Shown here: piece after piece, positions 18,637 through 31,189 of the stretch
Position numbering within the stretch: position 1 is the first letter of the stretch
Layout of the letters: each line of letters opens with the position of its first letter
Source: Candidatus Acidiferrales bacterium
GTDB lineage: Bacteria; Chloroflexota; Dormibacteria; Aeolococcales; Bog-877
Length of the DNA: 64,000 nt
Assembly: GCA_035533655.1 (NCBI GenBank)
Contig: DATLTJ010000093.1
Location: forward strand, 1,988 to 65,987
Direction of reading: 5' to 3'
The notes under the pieces: generated by a model
What the model was told of the DNA's origin: nothing
Database searches by the model: none
The model's input: the letters and a program-made list of their open reading frames with translations, nothing else
Made by a program: the position numbers and the translations under genes

Positions 18637-19234
18637 TGAGTCCCCCCGCCATCGTCGCCCCGCGGCTGGCCCCCGGCACCGACGGGCTGACCACCACCCG
18701 CCACCCCGGACGAATCCGGCTGATCTCGGTGCGGGTGGAGGACCGGCGCGGCGTCCTGCAGCGGGTCACCAACCTGCTGGGACGGCGTGGCTTCGGTATC
18801 GAGACCTGCGCGGTAGGCCCCAGCGCCGAGCCCGGGGTGGTGGCGATCAGCCTCCGCATTGACGCCGGCACCCAGGCTCATGACCAGATCGTCAAGCAGC
18901 TCAACAAGCTGATCGACGTGGTCAGTGTCGAGGACATCACCAGCTCCGCCACCGTGGAGTGGAGCACGGCCCTGATCGAGCTTCGCTCTGCCGACGTGGA
19001 CCCGGCTTTCGCCCGGTTGCCCAGTGGGGTGGGCAGCCAGGTGGTGCGGGAGGCGGGGACGCGGACCATCGCCGCGATCTGGGGACCGCCCGGTCCCGTG
19101 GAGGAAGCACTGGCGGAGTTGCGGCGCCGGCCCAATTCGAATTGGATCTGCAGCGGACCGCTGGCCATGGCCACGGCCTCCGCCGGGGGCTCCGGCCCCG
19201 TTTCAGCCCCGGACCCCGGAGGGAGGCCAGAGAG

Positions 19235-19238
<4 letters not shown>
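18636..19238 (+). CDS. ilvN: acetolactate synthase small (regulatory) subunit
   Basis: The ATG overlaps the ilvB stop (TAATG). ACT domain: [51 protein letters not shown]. It has a ~30-aa Pro/Gly-rich C-terminal tail. Confidence 0.9.
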
Positions 19239-20298
<1,060 letters not shown>

Positions 20299-20302
<4 letters not shown>

Positions 20303-21540
20303 GCTCGAAGGAGGGCTCAGTAGCCCCGGAAGGAAACGGGACCGCGCTGGGCGCCATGCCCGACATAGTCGAGTTCTTCGACACCACCCTGCGGGACGGC
20401 GAGCAGTGCCCGGGGGCCACCCTGCACCCGGCCGACAAGCTCCTGATCGCCCACCAGCTCAAGCGGCTTCAGGTCGACGTCATCGAGGCCGGATTTCCGT
20501 TCTCCTCACCGGGCGACTTCGCGGCGGTCCAGCAAATCGCCCGAGAGGTCCAGGGACCGGCGATCACCGGACTGGCCCGGACCAAGCGGAGCGACATCGA
20601 TGCGGTCTACCAGGCGGTCCGCGACGCGCCCCGGCACCTGATCCACGTCTTCATGAGCGTCTCCGACATCCACATCACCTACAAACTGGGACTGGATCGG
20701 GCCACCGTCCTCAGCCAGACGGCGGCGGCAATCGCCTACGCCAAGACCCTCTGCGACACCGTCCAGTTCTCCCCCGAGGACGCCGGCCGCGCCGATCTCG
20801 ACTACCTCTGCACCGTGGTCCAGGCTGCCGTCGACGCTGGGGCCAACGTGATCAACCTGCCCGACACGACCGGGTACTGCCTGCCCAGTGAGTTCCAGCA
20901 CCTGGTGGCGACGGTGCGCCAAGAGGTGCGGGGGATGGACCGGGTGCTGGTGAGCGTCCACTGCCACGACGACCTGGGGCTGGCGACCGCCAACTCGCTG
21001 GCGGGGATCGCCGCCGGGGCCAGGCGGGTCGAGGGCTGCATCAACGGCATCGGCGAGCGGGCCGGCAACGCCTCGATCGAGGAGATCCTGATGGCGCTCC
21101 GGGTGCGCCGCCCGGTTCTCGGTCTGGCCGACAACCTCTGCGCCACCGAGCTGGTGCCGACCAGCCGGCTGGTCGCCGAACTGACCGGGATGGTGGTGCC
21201 CGCCAACAAGCCGGTGGTGGGCTCCAACGCCTTCGCCCATGCCTCGGGAGTCCACCAGCACGGGGTTCTCCGCGACCGCCGCACCTACGAGATCATCGCT
21301 GCCGAGGACGTCGGTGCCGGTGAGTCCAAGATCGTCCTGACCGCCCGTTCCGGGCGCCACGCCCTGCGGCACCGGCTCGACCGGATCGGGGTGGAGTTAC
21401 CCCCAGAGTCCTTCCAGGCGGTCTGGACCCGCTTCCTGGAGGTGGCCGACACCTCCAAGGAGGTGGAGGACGAGACCCTGACCCAGATCGTGGGCGAGGT
21501 CTCCGTCGCCCAGGCCGCTCTGAGGCCGGCCCCCGGGTGA
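20299..21540 (+). CDS. leuA: 2-isopropylmalate synthase-like enzyme lacking the C-terminal LeuA-dimer/regulatory domain
   Basis: Motifs: [65 protein letters not shown]. The protein ends at 413 aa, right after subdomain II. GTGA overlaps occur at both ends. An alternative ATG start lies at 20356. Confidence 0.75.
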
Positions 21541-22622
21541 CCGAAGAGCAGAAGGCGCTCCGCCTCACCGTGCTGGCTGGCGACGGCATCGGTCCGGAGG
21601 TGACCGCGGCGGCGCTGCGGGTGCTGGAGGCCGCTCTGCGATCGGTCGGGATCGACCTGATCACGACCCAGCATCTGATCGGAGGGGTCGCCCTGGACCA
21701 AGCCGGAGACCCACTTCCGGAGGCCAGCCTGAATTCCGCGCGCGCCGCCGACGCCGTGTTCCTGGGCGCGGTCGGAGGACCCGCCTGGGATCAGGCTTCG
21801 GTGCGGCCCGAGGAGGGACTCCTCCGGCTGCGCTCGGGGCTGGGCGCCTTCGCCAACCTCCGCCCGGTTCGGGTCTGGCCGGGTCTGGAGAGCTACAGCC
21901 CGCTCCGGGCCGAGGTGCTCCAGGGCGCCGACCTGCTCTTCATCCGCGAGCTCACCGGCGGGATCTACTTCGGGCGGCCCAAGGGGGTCGCCGGCAAGGC
22001 GCCGCACCGCCACGCGGTGGACACCAGCGAGTACAGCGAGGCGGAGGTGCGCCGGACCGCTGAGGTGGCCTTCCGGGAGGCCCGGCAGCGCCGCTCCCGG
22101 GTCACCTCGGTGGACAAGGCCAACGTGCTGGCCACCTCCCAGCTCTGGCGCGAGGTGGTGACCGAGGTGGGCCAGAAGTTCCCGGACGTGGCCCTGGAGC
22201 ACTGCCTGGTGGACAGCTTCGCGCTCCGGCTGCTGCAGCAGCCGGGTGCCTTCGATGTGGTGGTTACCGAGAACCTCTTCGGCGACATCCTCACCGACGA
22301 GGCGGGCGCGCTCAGCGGCACGCTCGGGGTGCTCCCGTCCGCCAGCGGCGGCGGCGAGGGCCCCTGGCTCTACGAGCCGGTACACGGCTCGGCGCCGGAC
22401 ATCGCAGGCCAGGGAATCGCCAATCCGGTGGGGGCCATCGTCACCGTCGCCCTCTTGCTCCGGCTCACCCTCAAGCTCGATCAGCTGGCGGAAGTGGTGG
22501 AGCAGGCGGTCGGAGCGGTGATCGCTGAGGGCCGGCTCACCCCTGACCTAGGCGGCCGCGAGAGCACTGAATCGCTCACCGAGGCGGTGATCGAGCGGCT
22601 GCCGGTTGGGGCAACCGCATGA
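21537..22622 (+). CDS. leuB: 3-isopropylmalate dehydrogenase
   Basis: 361 aa. Motifs: LAGDGIGPEV, RELTGGIYFG, NLFGDILTDEAGALSGTLGVLPSAS, YEPVHGSAPDIAG. Confidence 0.95.
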   Translation: MTEEQKALRLTVLAGDGIGPEVTAAALRVLEAALRSVGIDLITTQHLIGGVALDQAGDPLPEASLNSARAADAVFLGAVGGPAWDQASVRPEEGLLRLRSGLGAFANLRPVRVWPGLESYSPLRAEVLQGADLLFIRELTGGIYFGRPKGVAGKAPHRHAVDTSEYSEAEVRRTAEVAFREARQRRSRVTSVDKANVLATSQLWREVVTEVGQKFPDVALEHCLVDSFALRLLQQPGAFDVVVTENLFGDILTDEAGALSGTLGVLPSASGGGEGPWLYEPVHGSAPDIAGQGIANPVGAIVTVALLLRLTLKLDQLAEVVEQAVGAVIAEGRLTPDLGGRESTESLTEAVIERLPVGATA

Positions 22623-24253
22623 ACTCAGCACAAGGCTGGCCCCAGCACCAGAATGAGACGGTCGCTCTCTACGACACCACCCTGCGCGACGGGATGCAGG
22701 GCTTCGGCCTCCAGCTCAGCATCGAGCAAAAGCTCCAGGTCGCCCGCCGCCTCGACGAGCTGGGGGTCGACTACGTCGAGGCTGGCTGGCCCGGGGCCAA
22801 TCCCCGGGACACGGCAGTCTTCGAGCAGCTGGCCAAGGCGCCCCTGCACCGCTCCCAGCTGGCCGCCTTCGGCTCAACCTGCCGCCCCGAGGTCGAGGCC
22901 GAGTTGGACCCGGGTCTCGCGCTGACCCTGAACTCCGGGGCCCCCGTGGTCACGGTGGTCGGTAAATCCTCCCGCTGGCAGGTGGAGACGGTGCTGCGCA
23001 CGACTCCCCAGGAGAACCTGCGCATGGTGGGGACTACCGTCATCTATGCGGTCGCCCAGGGTCGGGAGGTCATCTTTGACGCCGAGCACTTCTTCGACGG
23101 CCTCGGCCAGGACGAGGGGTATGCCCTGGCGGTGATCGAGACCGCAGCTCGGGCGGGCGCCCGCTGGGTGGTACTCTGCGACACCAACGGCGGCCAGCTT
23201 CCCACCGAGATCGGCCGGGCGACGGAGGCGGTGCGGGCCCGGCTGGAGGTACCGCTTGGGATCCATTGCCACAACGATGCGGGAGTCGCGGTAGCCAACT
23301 CCCTGGCCGCCGTGGAGGCCGGCGCCACCATGGTCCAGGGCACCGTCAATGGCAGCGGCGAGCGCTGCGGTAATGCCGACCTCCTGGTGATCGCCGCCAA
23401 CCTTCATCTGAAGATGGGGCGTCCGGTCCTGAGTCCCGAGCGACTGCGAGAGCTGGTCGGGGTGTCCCGACTCTTCGACGCCCTGGTCAACCGGGCCCCC
23501 GACCCCCACCGGCCCTACATGGGTCCGGCGGCCTTCCTGCACAAGGGAGGGCTTCACGCCCAGGCGGTGGCCCGGGATGAGCGCGCCTACCAGCACATCG
23601 ACCCGGCCCTGGTGGGGAACGAGGCCCGGACTGTGGTCTCCGACCAGAGCGGGAGGAGCAATGTCGCCAGCAAGCTGCACCAGCTTGGCCTGGCGGGACT
23701 GGACCGGGACGCGCGGGGATCCATCGTGGACCGGCTGAAGCAACTGGAGAACTCCGGCTGGGCCTTCGAGGACGCCGATGCCTCCTTCGAACTGCTGGTG
23801 ACCAGGGGAATTCCCGGCGATTCCGCACCTTTCGCGCTGCAGGAGTCGCTGGTGGTGGCCCACGAGACCTCGGCCCCACGGGCGGCTGAACCATCCCGGA
23901 GCGTTCACGCCAGCGTCAAGGTGCTGGTGGCCGGCACGGTGGTCGACACCGCCGCCGAGGCGGCCGGTCCGGTGGAGGCGCTCGACACCGCGCTGCGCCG
24001 GGCGCTGGCTCCCCACTTCCCCAGTCTGGCGTCGGTGAAGCTGGTGGACTACCGGGTCCGGGTGATCGACGGCGACCGGGGCACCGCGGCCACGGTGCGG
24101 GTGGGGATCGACTCCAGTGACGGCGAGCGGGTCTGGACCACGGTGGGCTGCTCGGCCAACATCCTCCAGGCGTCGGCGCTGGCGCTGGTCGACAGCTACG
24201 AGTGGGCGGCGCGGCACGCCGAATCTCTGGCCTGCCTCTCCCCCACCGCATGA
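22619..24253 (+). CDS. cimA: citramalate synthase-type (LeuA/CimA family, with C-terminal regulatory domain)
   Basis: The N terminus [48 protein letters not shown] matches the citramalate-synthase subfamily pattern as I recall it. The 544-aa length includes a LeuA-dimer-like C terminus. It shares an ATGA overlap with leuB. Confidence 0.7.
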   Translation: MNSAQGWPQHQNETVALYDTTLRDGMQGFGLQLSIEQKLQVARRLDELGVDYVEAGWPGANPRDTAVFEQLAKAPLHRSQLAAFGSTCRPEVEAELDPGLALTLNSGAPVVTVVGKSSRWQVETVLRTTPQENLRMVGTTVIYAVAQGREVIFDAEHFFDGLGQDEGYALAVIETAARAGARWVVLCDTNGGQLPTEIGRATEAVRARLEVPLGIHCHNDAGVAVANSLAAVEAGATMVQGTVNGSGERCGNADLLVIAANLHLKMGRPVLSPERLRELVGVSRLFDALVNRAPDPHRPYMGPAAFLHKGGLHAQAVARDERAYQHIDPALVGNEARTVVSDQSGRSNVASKLHQLGLAGLDRDARGSIVDRLKQLENSGWAFEDADASFELLVTRGIPGDSAPFALQESLVVAHETSAPRAAEPSRSVHASVKVLVAGTVVDTAAEAAGPVEALDTALRRALAPHFPSLASVKLVDYRVRVIDGDRGTAATVRVGIDSSDGERVWTTVGCSANILQASALALVDSYEWAARHAESLACLSPTA

Positions 24254-24281
24254 GAACGCAAAGTTGCGCTCCCACAGCCTC

Positions 24282-25757
24282 ATGACCACCGAGGAGCAAC
24301 CGATCTCGGTGCACCAGGTCCGCACTCCAGGCGCCCCCCGGACCGCCTATCGCAAGATCTGGGATGCGCACATGGTCAGCGGCGACCCCGACTCGCGGGC
24401 GCTGCTCTACGTCGACCTCCACCTCATCCATGAGGTGACCTCTCCCCAGGCGTTCGCCGGATTGCGGGCGGCCGGACGAACCGTTCGCCGTCCTGATCTG
24501 ACCCTGGCAGTGATGGACCACACCGTGCCCACCTGGGAGCGCAGCCGACCCACCCCCGACCCGGTGGCTGCCGAGCAGCTCCGCCAGCTGGCCCAAAACT
24601 CCAGCGAGGCCAAGGTGCCGCTGCTGGACCTGCACCATCGGCGCCAGGGGATCGTCCACGTGGTCGGTCCGGAGCTGGGCCTGATTCAGCCAGGGATGAC
24701 CATCGTCTGCGGTGATTCCCACACCTCCACGCTGGGGGCCTTCGGAGCGCTGGCCTTCGGGATTGGGACCTCCGAGGTGGAGCAGGTGCTGGCCACCCAG
24801 TGCCTCTGGCAGGCTCCCGCCCAGACCCTGGAAATCCGGGTGGACGGTGAGCTCCCGGTGGGCGTGACCGCCAAGGACATGGCCCTGGCCATCATCGGCC
24901 GGGTCGGCGTCGCGGGCGCCCAGGGCAGCGTGGTCGAGTACCGCGGGAGCGCGATCAGGGCGCTGTCGATGGAGGGCCGGCTGACGGTCTGCAACTTGAC
25001 CATCGAAGCGGGCGCGCGGGCGGGCCTGGTTTCTGCGGACCAGACGACGGTGCGCTACCTGGCTGGGCGCGCGGCCTCCCCGCCGGGGGCGGAGTTCGAC
25101 CCGGCCGCTGCGGCTTGGCTGGGTTTCGCCACCGACGAGGGGGCGGCGTTCGACCGCACGGTGGTGATCGATGCCGCCGAGCTGGTGCCCCACGTCACCT
25201 GGGGGACCAACCCCGGGATGGTGGCCCAGGTGACCGGGCGCATTCCCCAGCTGAGCGACTTCTCCACTGAGTTCGACCGCCAGCAGGCCGCGCGGGCCCT
25301 GGAGTACATGGGCCTGACCGAGGGCACGGCCATCGAAGAGATCATGATCGACCGGGTCTTCATCGGCTCGTGCACCAATGGCCGCCTGGAGGACCTCCGG
25401 GCGGCGGCGGCCATCGCAGCCGGCGGACAAGTGCATCCACGAGTGCGGGCGATGGTGGTCCCGGGATCCCAGACGGTTAAGCGGGCGGCCGAGGCGGAGG
25501 GGCTCGACCGGATCTTCACCGACGCGGGCTTCGAGTGGCGCGAGGCCGGCTGCTCCATGTGCCTCGGGATGAACCCGGACGTGCTGGCCGCAGGCGAGCG
25601 CTGCGCCTCGACCTCGAATCGCAACTTCGAAGGGCGCCAGGGCGCCGGGGGGCGCACCCACCTGGTCAGTCCATCGATGGCGGCCGCGGCGGCGCTGCAC
25701 GGCCACTTCGTTGATGTCCGCAACCTGGAGCCGGCCGCCCTGGCCAAGGTCGGCTAG
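24282..25757 (+). CDS. leuC: 3-isopropylmalate/citramalate dehydratase large subunit
   Basis: The start was re-picked to the in-frame ATG at 24282 (MTTEEQP). Motifs: [60 protein letters not shown]. Confidence 0.95.
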   Translation: MTTEEQPISVHQVRTPGAPRTAYRKIWDAHMVSGDPDSRALLYVDLHLIHEVTSPQAFAGLRAAGRTVRRPDLTLAVMDHTVPTWERSRPTPDPVAAEQLRQLAQNSSEAKVPLLDLHHRRQGIVHVVGPELGLIQPGMTIVCGDSHTSTLGAFGALAFGIGTSEVEQVLATQCLWQAPAQTLEIRVDGELPVGVTAKDMALAIIGRVGVAGAQGSVVEYRGSAIRALSMEGRLTVCNLTIEAGARAGLVSADQTTVRYLAGRAASPPGAEFDPAAAAWLGFATDEGAAFDRTVVIDAAELVPHVTWGTNPGMVAQVTGRIPQLSDFSTEFDRQQAARALEYMGLTEGTAIEEIMIDRVFIGSCTNGRLEDLRAAAAIAAGGQVHPRVRAMVVPGSQTVKRAAEAEGLDRIFTDAGFEWREAGCSMCLGMNPDVLAAGERCASTSNRNFEGRQGAGGRTHLVSPSMAAAAALHGHFVDVRNLEPAALAKVG

Positions 25758-25763
25758 GCCCAG

Positions 25764-26387
25764 ATGGAAGCCTTCACGGTGCACGAGGGACTCTGCGCGG
25801 CACTCAGCCGCGACGATGTCGACACCGATCAGATCATCCCCAAGCAATTCCTGAAGCGCACCGACCGGGGCGATTACGGAGCTGCCGGTTTCTTCGCCTG
25901 GCGCTACGACGACCAGGGCCAGCTGCGCAACGACTTCGAGCTCAACAACCCAATCTATCAAGGCGCCAGCATCCTGGTCACGGGACGAAACTTTGGCTGC
26001 GGTTCGTCGCGAGAACATGCGGTGTGGGCGCTCGTCGGGATGGGCTTCAGCGTGGTCATCGCGCCGTCCTTCGCCGACATCTTCACCGCCAACGCGCTCC
26101 AGAACGGCCTGCTTCCGGTGCAGCTGGCGGCCGATGTGGTGGCCGGTCTGCGCGAGCGGGCGACGGCGGGCGGCTACCGGCTGGCGGTCGACCTCGAGAA
26201 CCAGCAGGTGCGGGACCATGGGGGCCCGATCGCCGAGTTCGCCATCGACTCCTTCTGGCGGGACTGTCTGCTCAGCGGGCGCGATCCGATCGCCCTGGCG
26301 CTCAGCCACGAAGTCGCGATCGCCGACTTCGAGGGGAGACGGCCCGGGTGGCGCCCAGTAACCACTGCCGAAGGGCTCTTCGCGTGA
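25764..26387 (+). CDS. leuD: 3-isopropylmalate/citramalate dehydratase small subunit
   Basis: 207 aa. Motifs: DVDTDQIIPKQFLK, GRNFGCGSSREHAVWAL, VIAPSFADIF. Confidence 0.95.
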   Translation: MEAFTVHEGLCAALSRDDVDTDQIIPKQFLKRTDRGDYGAAGFFAWRYDDQGQLRNDFELNNPIYQGASILVTGRNFGCGSSREHAVWALVGMGFSVVIAPSFADIFTANALQNGLLPVQLAADVVAGLRERATAGGYRLAVDLENQQVRDHGGPIAEFAIDSFWRDCLLSGRDPIALALSHEVAIADFEGRRPGWRPVTTAEGLFA

Positions 26388-26586
26388 CGGCCGGGGCCGC
26401 GACCCTCCCCCCTCTTAGCACTCCCGACCGCCTCTGGTCGCTGGTCAGAGATCTGCGATGGTCTCTCCGGCGGCATAAAGCTGTTGACGGTCAGCCAAGA
26501 ACTGCAGTAGCGTCGCGCTAGCTGGGCGAGGCCGCTGGTGCGCCGACCATTGGCGCTGGCTTCGCCTGCCGAAAAGGAGGGAGAGA

Positions 26587-28041
26587 GTGGCCAGCACGCC
26601 CATCAGCGAGTCAGCCGAGCCCGGCACCCCCGGGCTCCGCCGGAACAGCCTCAACCTGCGACGGTTGATTTTCATCGGGCTCGCCTACTTCTCACTGGCG
26701 CCCGTGATCTATTTGAACATGGGCTTCATGGAGACCGACTCCGGTGGCCCAGTCATGCCCTTCCTGTTCATCCTCATCACCATCGCCGTCCTGCCGACGG
26801 CGGTCAGCTTTGCCGTGATGAACAACCGTCGTCCCTCGGCAGGCAGTGGCTACACCTGGCTCTGGGAGAGCACCTATCCTGCCGTCGGCCTCTGGCTCGG
26901 TTGGATGATGATCACCACCTACGTGGTAGTGGCGGCGCTGTACCCCGCAGCCTTCGGAACCTTCTTCAACGCGCTGTTGTCGTACTTCCACCTCAGCGCC
27001 ACCACGTGGACCGGAATTGGTGGCGGGGTGCTCTCTATCCTGATCATTGGTTACCTGCAGCACAACAACATCAAGCTCTCGGCCACCGTCATCTCCGTGC
27101 TGATGGTCATCGAGGGCAGCTTCGTTGCCGCGTTGGCCATCGTGATCGTGATCAAGGGCGGTGCCCTTGGTCATTTCTCCAGTAAACCGTTCAATCCGGG
27201 AGCGGCCACATTGGGTTTCGCCGGCCTTAGTTTAGCGGCAATCTTTGCCTTTCTCTCCATCGCTGGAGTCGACGGCATAGCCCCCGTGGCCGAGGAATCA
27301 CATACCCCCCGGCGCCTCATTCCCTTGGCGACGATCCTGATGACGCTGATCGCCGGCGGCTATTGGACGCTGGTCTCCTATGGATTCGCAATCTCGGTCC
27401 CGGTTTCTACGGTAGAGCACTACGTCACCGCCGGCCAGCTCACTCCTGTGCTCCCCATTGCCCAAAAGTACATTGGGGGGTGGGCCGTTCTGGTCCCGAT
27501 CACCGGGTTCACTGCCGCGCTAGCCAGCTTTGGCGCGTCACTGTACGCAGCCAGTCGCGTGACCTACGCTGTCGCCCGCGAGGGGTTCATCTGGCACTAC
27601 TTCACCAAACTGCACCCGCGATTCAACACGCCTTGGCGCGCGGAGGTGGCTACGCTAGTGATCGGAACAGTGGCCCTCTTCGCGGTCAGCCTCTGGCAGG
27701 GAGGGGTCGCCCTGGCGTACGGCTACCTCGGTGAGATCTTCGTGTTCTTCGTGCTTATCCTGTACATCTTTGTCAACGTGGCCAATATCGTGTATCACCT
27801 GCGATTCCGACGGGCCGACTTCAATTGGTTGACTAACGGGATCATTCCCGTGCTGGGAATCGTGATTGACGGCTACATCCTGTACAAGGGCTTCTTCGTG
27901 TCCGAGATCTCTCTCCCGTTCGCGTCCGGGAGCAGCATTGTCTGGTTCTCGCTCGGCTGGACCGTGCTCGGGATCTTCTGGACACTTTGGTGGCGCAGCC
28001 GGCGCAAGCTGTCGAGCATCTCGCTCACCTCCGAGGTCTGA
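26587..28041 (+). CDS. APC-superfamily amino acid/amine permease
   Basis: GTG start with an AAAAGGAGGGAG RBS. The 484-aa protein has about 12 TM helices and typical APC features (SAGSGYTWLWES, AGVDGIAPVAEESHTPRR). Confidence 0.85.
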   Translation: MASTPISESAEPGTPGLRRNSLNLRRLIFIGLAYFSLAPVIYLNMGFMETDSGGPVMPFLFILITIAVLPTAVSFAVMNNRRPSAGSGYTWLWESTYPAVGLWLGWMMITTYVVVAALYPAAFGTFFNALLSYFHLSATTWTGIGGGVLSILIIGYLQHNNIKLSATVISVLMVIEGSFVAALAIVIVIKGGALGHFSSKPFNPGAATLGFAGLSLAAIFAFLSIAGVDGIAPVAEESHTPRRLIPLATILMTLIAGGYWTLVSYGFAISVPVSTVEHYVTAGQLTPVLPIAQKYIGGWAVLVPITGFTAALASFGASLYAASRVTYAVAREGFIWHYFTKLHPRFNTPWRAEVATLVIGTVALFAVSLWQGGVALAYGYLGEIFVFFVLILYIFVNVANIVYHLRFRRADFNWLTNGIIPVLGIVIDGYILYKGFFVSEISLPFASGSSIVWFSLGWTVLGIFWTLWWRSRRKLSSISLTSEV

Positions 28042-28084
28042 GCGCTGATGCGCCATTTCTCACCACACCTCTCTGGGAGGTCCC

Positions 28085-28960
28085 ATGACTGACGGGTTCA
28101 TCGACGTCGCCGACGGGCGAGTGTGGTACACGATCGCGGGTGAGGACCGCGGCGGTACACCGCTCCTCTGCCTGCACGGCGGACCGGGCATGCCGCACGA
28201 CTACCTGGAACCGCTCGGCGACCTGAGCGATGACCGTCCCGTCATCTTCTACGACCAGCTGGGTTGCGGTAGATCTCCAGCCCCCGATAGTGGGGTGACC
28301 TGGACGGTGCAGCGGTTTGTGGACGAATTGGTGGCGGTACGGCAAGCACTGCCGTTCGACGAGGTGGTGCTGTTCGGCAACTCCTGGGGCGGCATGCTGG
28401 CCCTGCAGTACATGCTCGACCGCTCGCCCCAGTTGCGCGGGCTGATCCTCAGCAGCACCCCGGTCAGCGTGTCGCGCTGGCTGGCGGATGCCGCCCAATT
28501 GCGGAGCGAGCTGCCGGACGATGTCCAAGCTGTGCTCGACAGCCATGAGCGTTCCGGGTTCTTTAGCTGTCCCGAGTATCAGGGGGCAGTCGCCGAGTTC
28601 TATCGTCGGCATCTCTGTCGCCTCTCGCCGTGGCCTGACTGCATCGAACGCACCTTTATGGGCCTGGGAGTGGACGTCTACTCCACGCTGTGGGGCCCCA
28701 GCGAGTTTGGTCCCGTGACCGGGGAGCTGGTCAATTTCGAGGTGGTCGATCGGCTGCACCAGATCACGGTGCCAACCCTGGTGACGGGCGGACGGTTCGA
28801 CGAGGCCCGCCCGGAACACATGGAGCTGTTGGCGCGGAGCATCCCAGGCGCCGAGTTGGCCGTGTTCGAACACAGTGCGCACGTAGCCTTTGTCGAGGAG
28901 CGGTACGAGTACATGACCCGTTTGCGGCAGTTCCTAACTCGGATCGACGCCGGAGCCTGA
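28085..28960 (+). CDS. proline iminopeptidase-family alpha/beta hydrolase (aminopeptidase / amino-acid amidase-like)
   Basis: Motifs: LLCLHGGPGMPHDY, VIFYDQLGCGRS, and the nucleophile elbow GNSWGGMLA. Confidence 0.8.
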   Translation: MTDGFIDVADGRVWYTIAGEDRGGTPLLCLHGGPGMPHDYLEPLGDLSDDRPVIFYDQLGCGRSPAPDSGVTWTVQRFVDELVAVRQALPFDEVVLFGNSWGGMLALQYMLDRSPQLRGLILSSTPVSVSRWLADAAQLRSELPDDVQAVLDSHERSGFFSCPEYQGAVAEFYRRHLCRLSPWPDCIERTFMGLGVDVYSTLWGPSEFGPVTGELVNFEVVDRLHQITVPTLVTGGRFDEARPEHMELLARSIPGAELAVFEHSAHVAFVEERYEYMTRLRQFLTRIDAGA

Positions 28961-28962
28961 GG

Positions 28963-29889
28963 ATGGCTCGCGAGCACGTCATTGACCCCAGCCTGATCCA
29001 CCACGACTGGGATGAAACGCTCGCTCCTGTTTTGGAAATCGAGTCGGGCGACGTTGTTCATTTCGACGTCCAGGTATCAGGCGCCGGTCAGGTCGAGCCC
29101 GGAAATAGTTTCCACGATGTGCGGTTTGACTTCGACACCATGTACAACCTCAGCGGACCCATCGCGATCGCCGGCGCGACTCCCGGGGACACTCTCTGCA
29201 TAGAGGTTCTCGAGTTGGTGCGGAGCACCTGGGGTTGGGCTGCCATCCTGCCCGGGTTCGGTCTCCTGCCGAAGGAGTTTCCGGGCGGCTACTTGCGGAC
29301 TTTCACCCTGGATTCGCCGCTCGGCGTGGAGTTCTCCCCAAGGATTCGCATCCCGTACCGTCCCTTCCTCGGCACGATGGGGGTCAACCCAGGCGGGGGC
29401 ATGCGTCTCTCGCCATTTCCTCCCCACGGAGGCGGCGGCAACATCGACAACCGCTATCTGACTGAGGGTGCCCGCCTCTATTTGCCGGTGTTCCTACCCC
29501 GAGCCCTCTTCTCCTGTGGAGATCCCCATGCAGTTCAGGGGGACGGCGAGGTCTGCGTCACTGCGCTGGAGTCCCCACTTCGGGCCAGCCTGCGCTTCAC
29601 CCTGCAGAAGCAGTCTTTGGCCGCTCCCGCCTTCTTCAACCCCGGGGGTTCGCCGGGGGAGACTACACCGAAAGGCGAGTACTGCACCATGGGGCTCGAC
29701 CCTGACCTGATGGAGGGAGCCCGGTCGGCGACCCGCACCATGATCTCGTGGCTGGCTTCGGAACATGGCCTCAGCCGCGAGGATGCCTACCTGCTATGCA
29801 GCCTGGCCGGGCAGCTCCGAATACTCGAGGTGGTGGATGCGGGGATTTGGAACGTGGCCATGTGCATGCCGCTCGCGGTGTTCGGGTAG
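28963..29889 (+). CDS. acetamidase/formamidase family protein
   Basis: The start was re-picked to ATG 28963, 2 nt after the upstream stop. Motifs: SGDVVHFDV, NLSGPIAIAGATPGDTL, GGGNIDNRYLTEGARLYLPV, FSCGDPHAVQGDGEV. Confidence 0.85.
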   Translation: MAREHVIDPSLIHHDWDETLAPVLEIESGDVVHFDVQVSGAGQVEPGNSFHDVRFDFDTMYNLSGPIAIAGATPGDTLCIEVLELVRSTWGWAAILPGFGLLPKEFPGGYLRTFTLDSPLGVEFSPRIRIPYRPFLGTMGVNPGGGMRLSPFPPHGGGGNIDNRYLTEGARLYLPVFLPRALFSCGDPHAVQGDGEVCVTALESPLRASLRFTLQKQSLAAPAFFNPGGSPGETTPKGEYCTMGLDPDLMEGARSATRTMISWLASEHGLSREDAYLLCSLAGQLRILEVVDAGIWNVAMCMPLAVFG

Positions 29890-30091
29890 GCGCGCACTCT
29901 CCTCGCGGTACCACTCACCGACCGCCGGCGCCAGCCGTTGCGCTTCTGGCTTGCCTCGCGCAACTGCTCCCGTGGCGTCGACTTTGGGGTTAAAGGTCGG
30001 GGAGTAAGACTAGCGTCGCTTGCTGATTCGGGTCCGGCTCGCTAAGTCGGACCCACCCGCCGCCAACCGGTAGCAGACCCGGTGCTCCGCC

Positions 30092-31189
30092 CTAGAACTT
30101 GTAGAGGCGAGCGGTGTTAGCCCGGAAGATGGCGTCCTCCATCCCGGCCAGCCAGGGCGGGCGGGCCCCGCGGGCGGCCCAACTCTTACGCACCGTGGTC
30201 CAGGCGTCCCGCAGCTCGTGAGCCGCGAACCAGAAGGACTCGGGCGCACCGTGCCCGTCGGTGCCACACAGCACCCGGGACGCCGGGGCCAGTTCCAGCA
30301 CCCGCTCCAGCCGCTCCGCGACTCTAGCCGGTGCAAACAGGTTGAAGAGCGAGACCTCGGCGTAGACGTTGGGGCGGACCAGTGCCAAGTAGGCCAGCTC
30401 CTCGTGCCAGGGAAAGGAGCCGTGGATCAGAACCACCGTCGCGGCCGTCCCTTCGGGGGTTAGCAGCAGCTCCTCCAGGCAGAGTGGATTGGACTCGCTG
30501 AGGCGGATCTCCGAGTCGCCGAAACCGGTGTGGAACTGAATCGGTAGCTCCAGCTCCGCAGCCCAGCCCAATGTCTGCCGGCAGATCAGGTCGCGTAGCG
30601 CCTTGCCCCGCCGCCGCGTCGGGAGCTCCTTGGTGGTGCGCAGCGAGGCGTCCGCGTCTTTCAGGGTGGCGTTGGGGTCCACCTTGAGCCCGGTTCGGTA
30701 GGCGAGGATCGTCTTCAGCCCGACATAGCCCTGCTCCGGAGCCTGGCGCACCGCCTGCTCGGCGGCGGCGAGGATCTCCGACCCCGTTCGCCCCTCGGAG
30801 ATGAGCTGGTCCACGAGCGGATCGAGGCGCATGATCGATCGGACCTTGGCTCCAGTCAGCGAAGCCATCTCCTCGGCCACCGGAGCGGGGTCCACCTGGT
30901 AGGTGCCGGGGTCGAGCACCACTCCCTCGATATGGGCGTCGGAGAAGAGGCCCGCCACGTAGCCAGGCCAGTGGGCACTGGCCTGGGCCCGGGCCACTCC
31001 CAGCTCCTCGACCTCGCAGCGGAGGTAGTGGGCCAGCCGCACCGCCATCAGCTCCTGGCTCAGCCGCCCCGGAGCTGCCTGGGCCCGGCGATCCTTGGCG
31101 GCTTGGTCCTCGGCCATCACCAGGGAGATCGCGCTGAAGTCGAGTGCCTCGCCCTCTCCGGTGACCGGGTGCACGTGGCTGTCGATCAT
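30092..31189 (-). CDS. amidohydrolase-2 (metal-dependent hydrolase, TIM barrel) family protein
   Basis: The start was re-picked to the in-frame ATG at 31189 (MIDSHVHP, an HxH metal motif). Other motifs: LPIQFHTGFGD, VLIHGSFPW, LCGTDGHG. The upstream 104 codons of the ORF are Arg/Pro/Trp-rich junk. Confidence 0.8.
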   Translation of the reverse strand: MIDSHVHPVTGEGEALDFSAISLVMAEDQAAKDRRAQAAPGRLSQELMAVRLAHYLRCEVEELGVARAQASAHWPGYVAGLFSDAHIEGVVLDPGTYQVDPAPVAEEMASLTGAKVRSIMRLDPLVDQLISEGRTGSEILAAAEQAVRQAPEQGYVGLKTILAYRTGLKVDPNATLKDADASLRTTKELPTRRRGKALRDLICRQTLGWAAELELPIQFHTGFGDSEIRLSESNPLCLEELLLTPEGTAATVVLIHGSFPWHEELAYLALVRPNVYAEVSLFNLFAPARVAERLERVLELAPASRVLCGTDGHGAPESFWFAAHELRDAWTTVRKSWAARGARPPWLAGMEDAIFRANTARLYKF

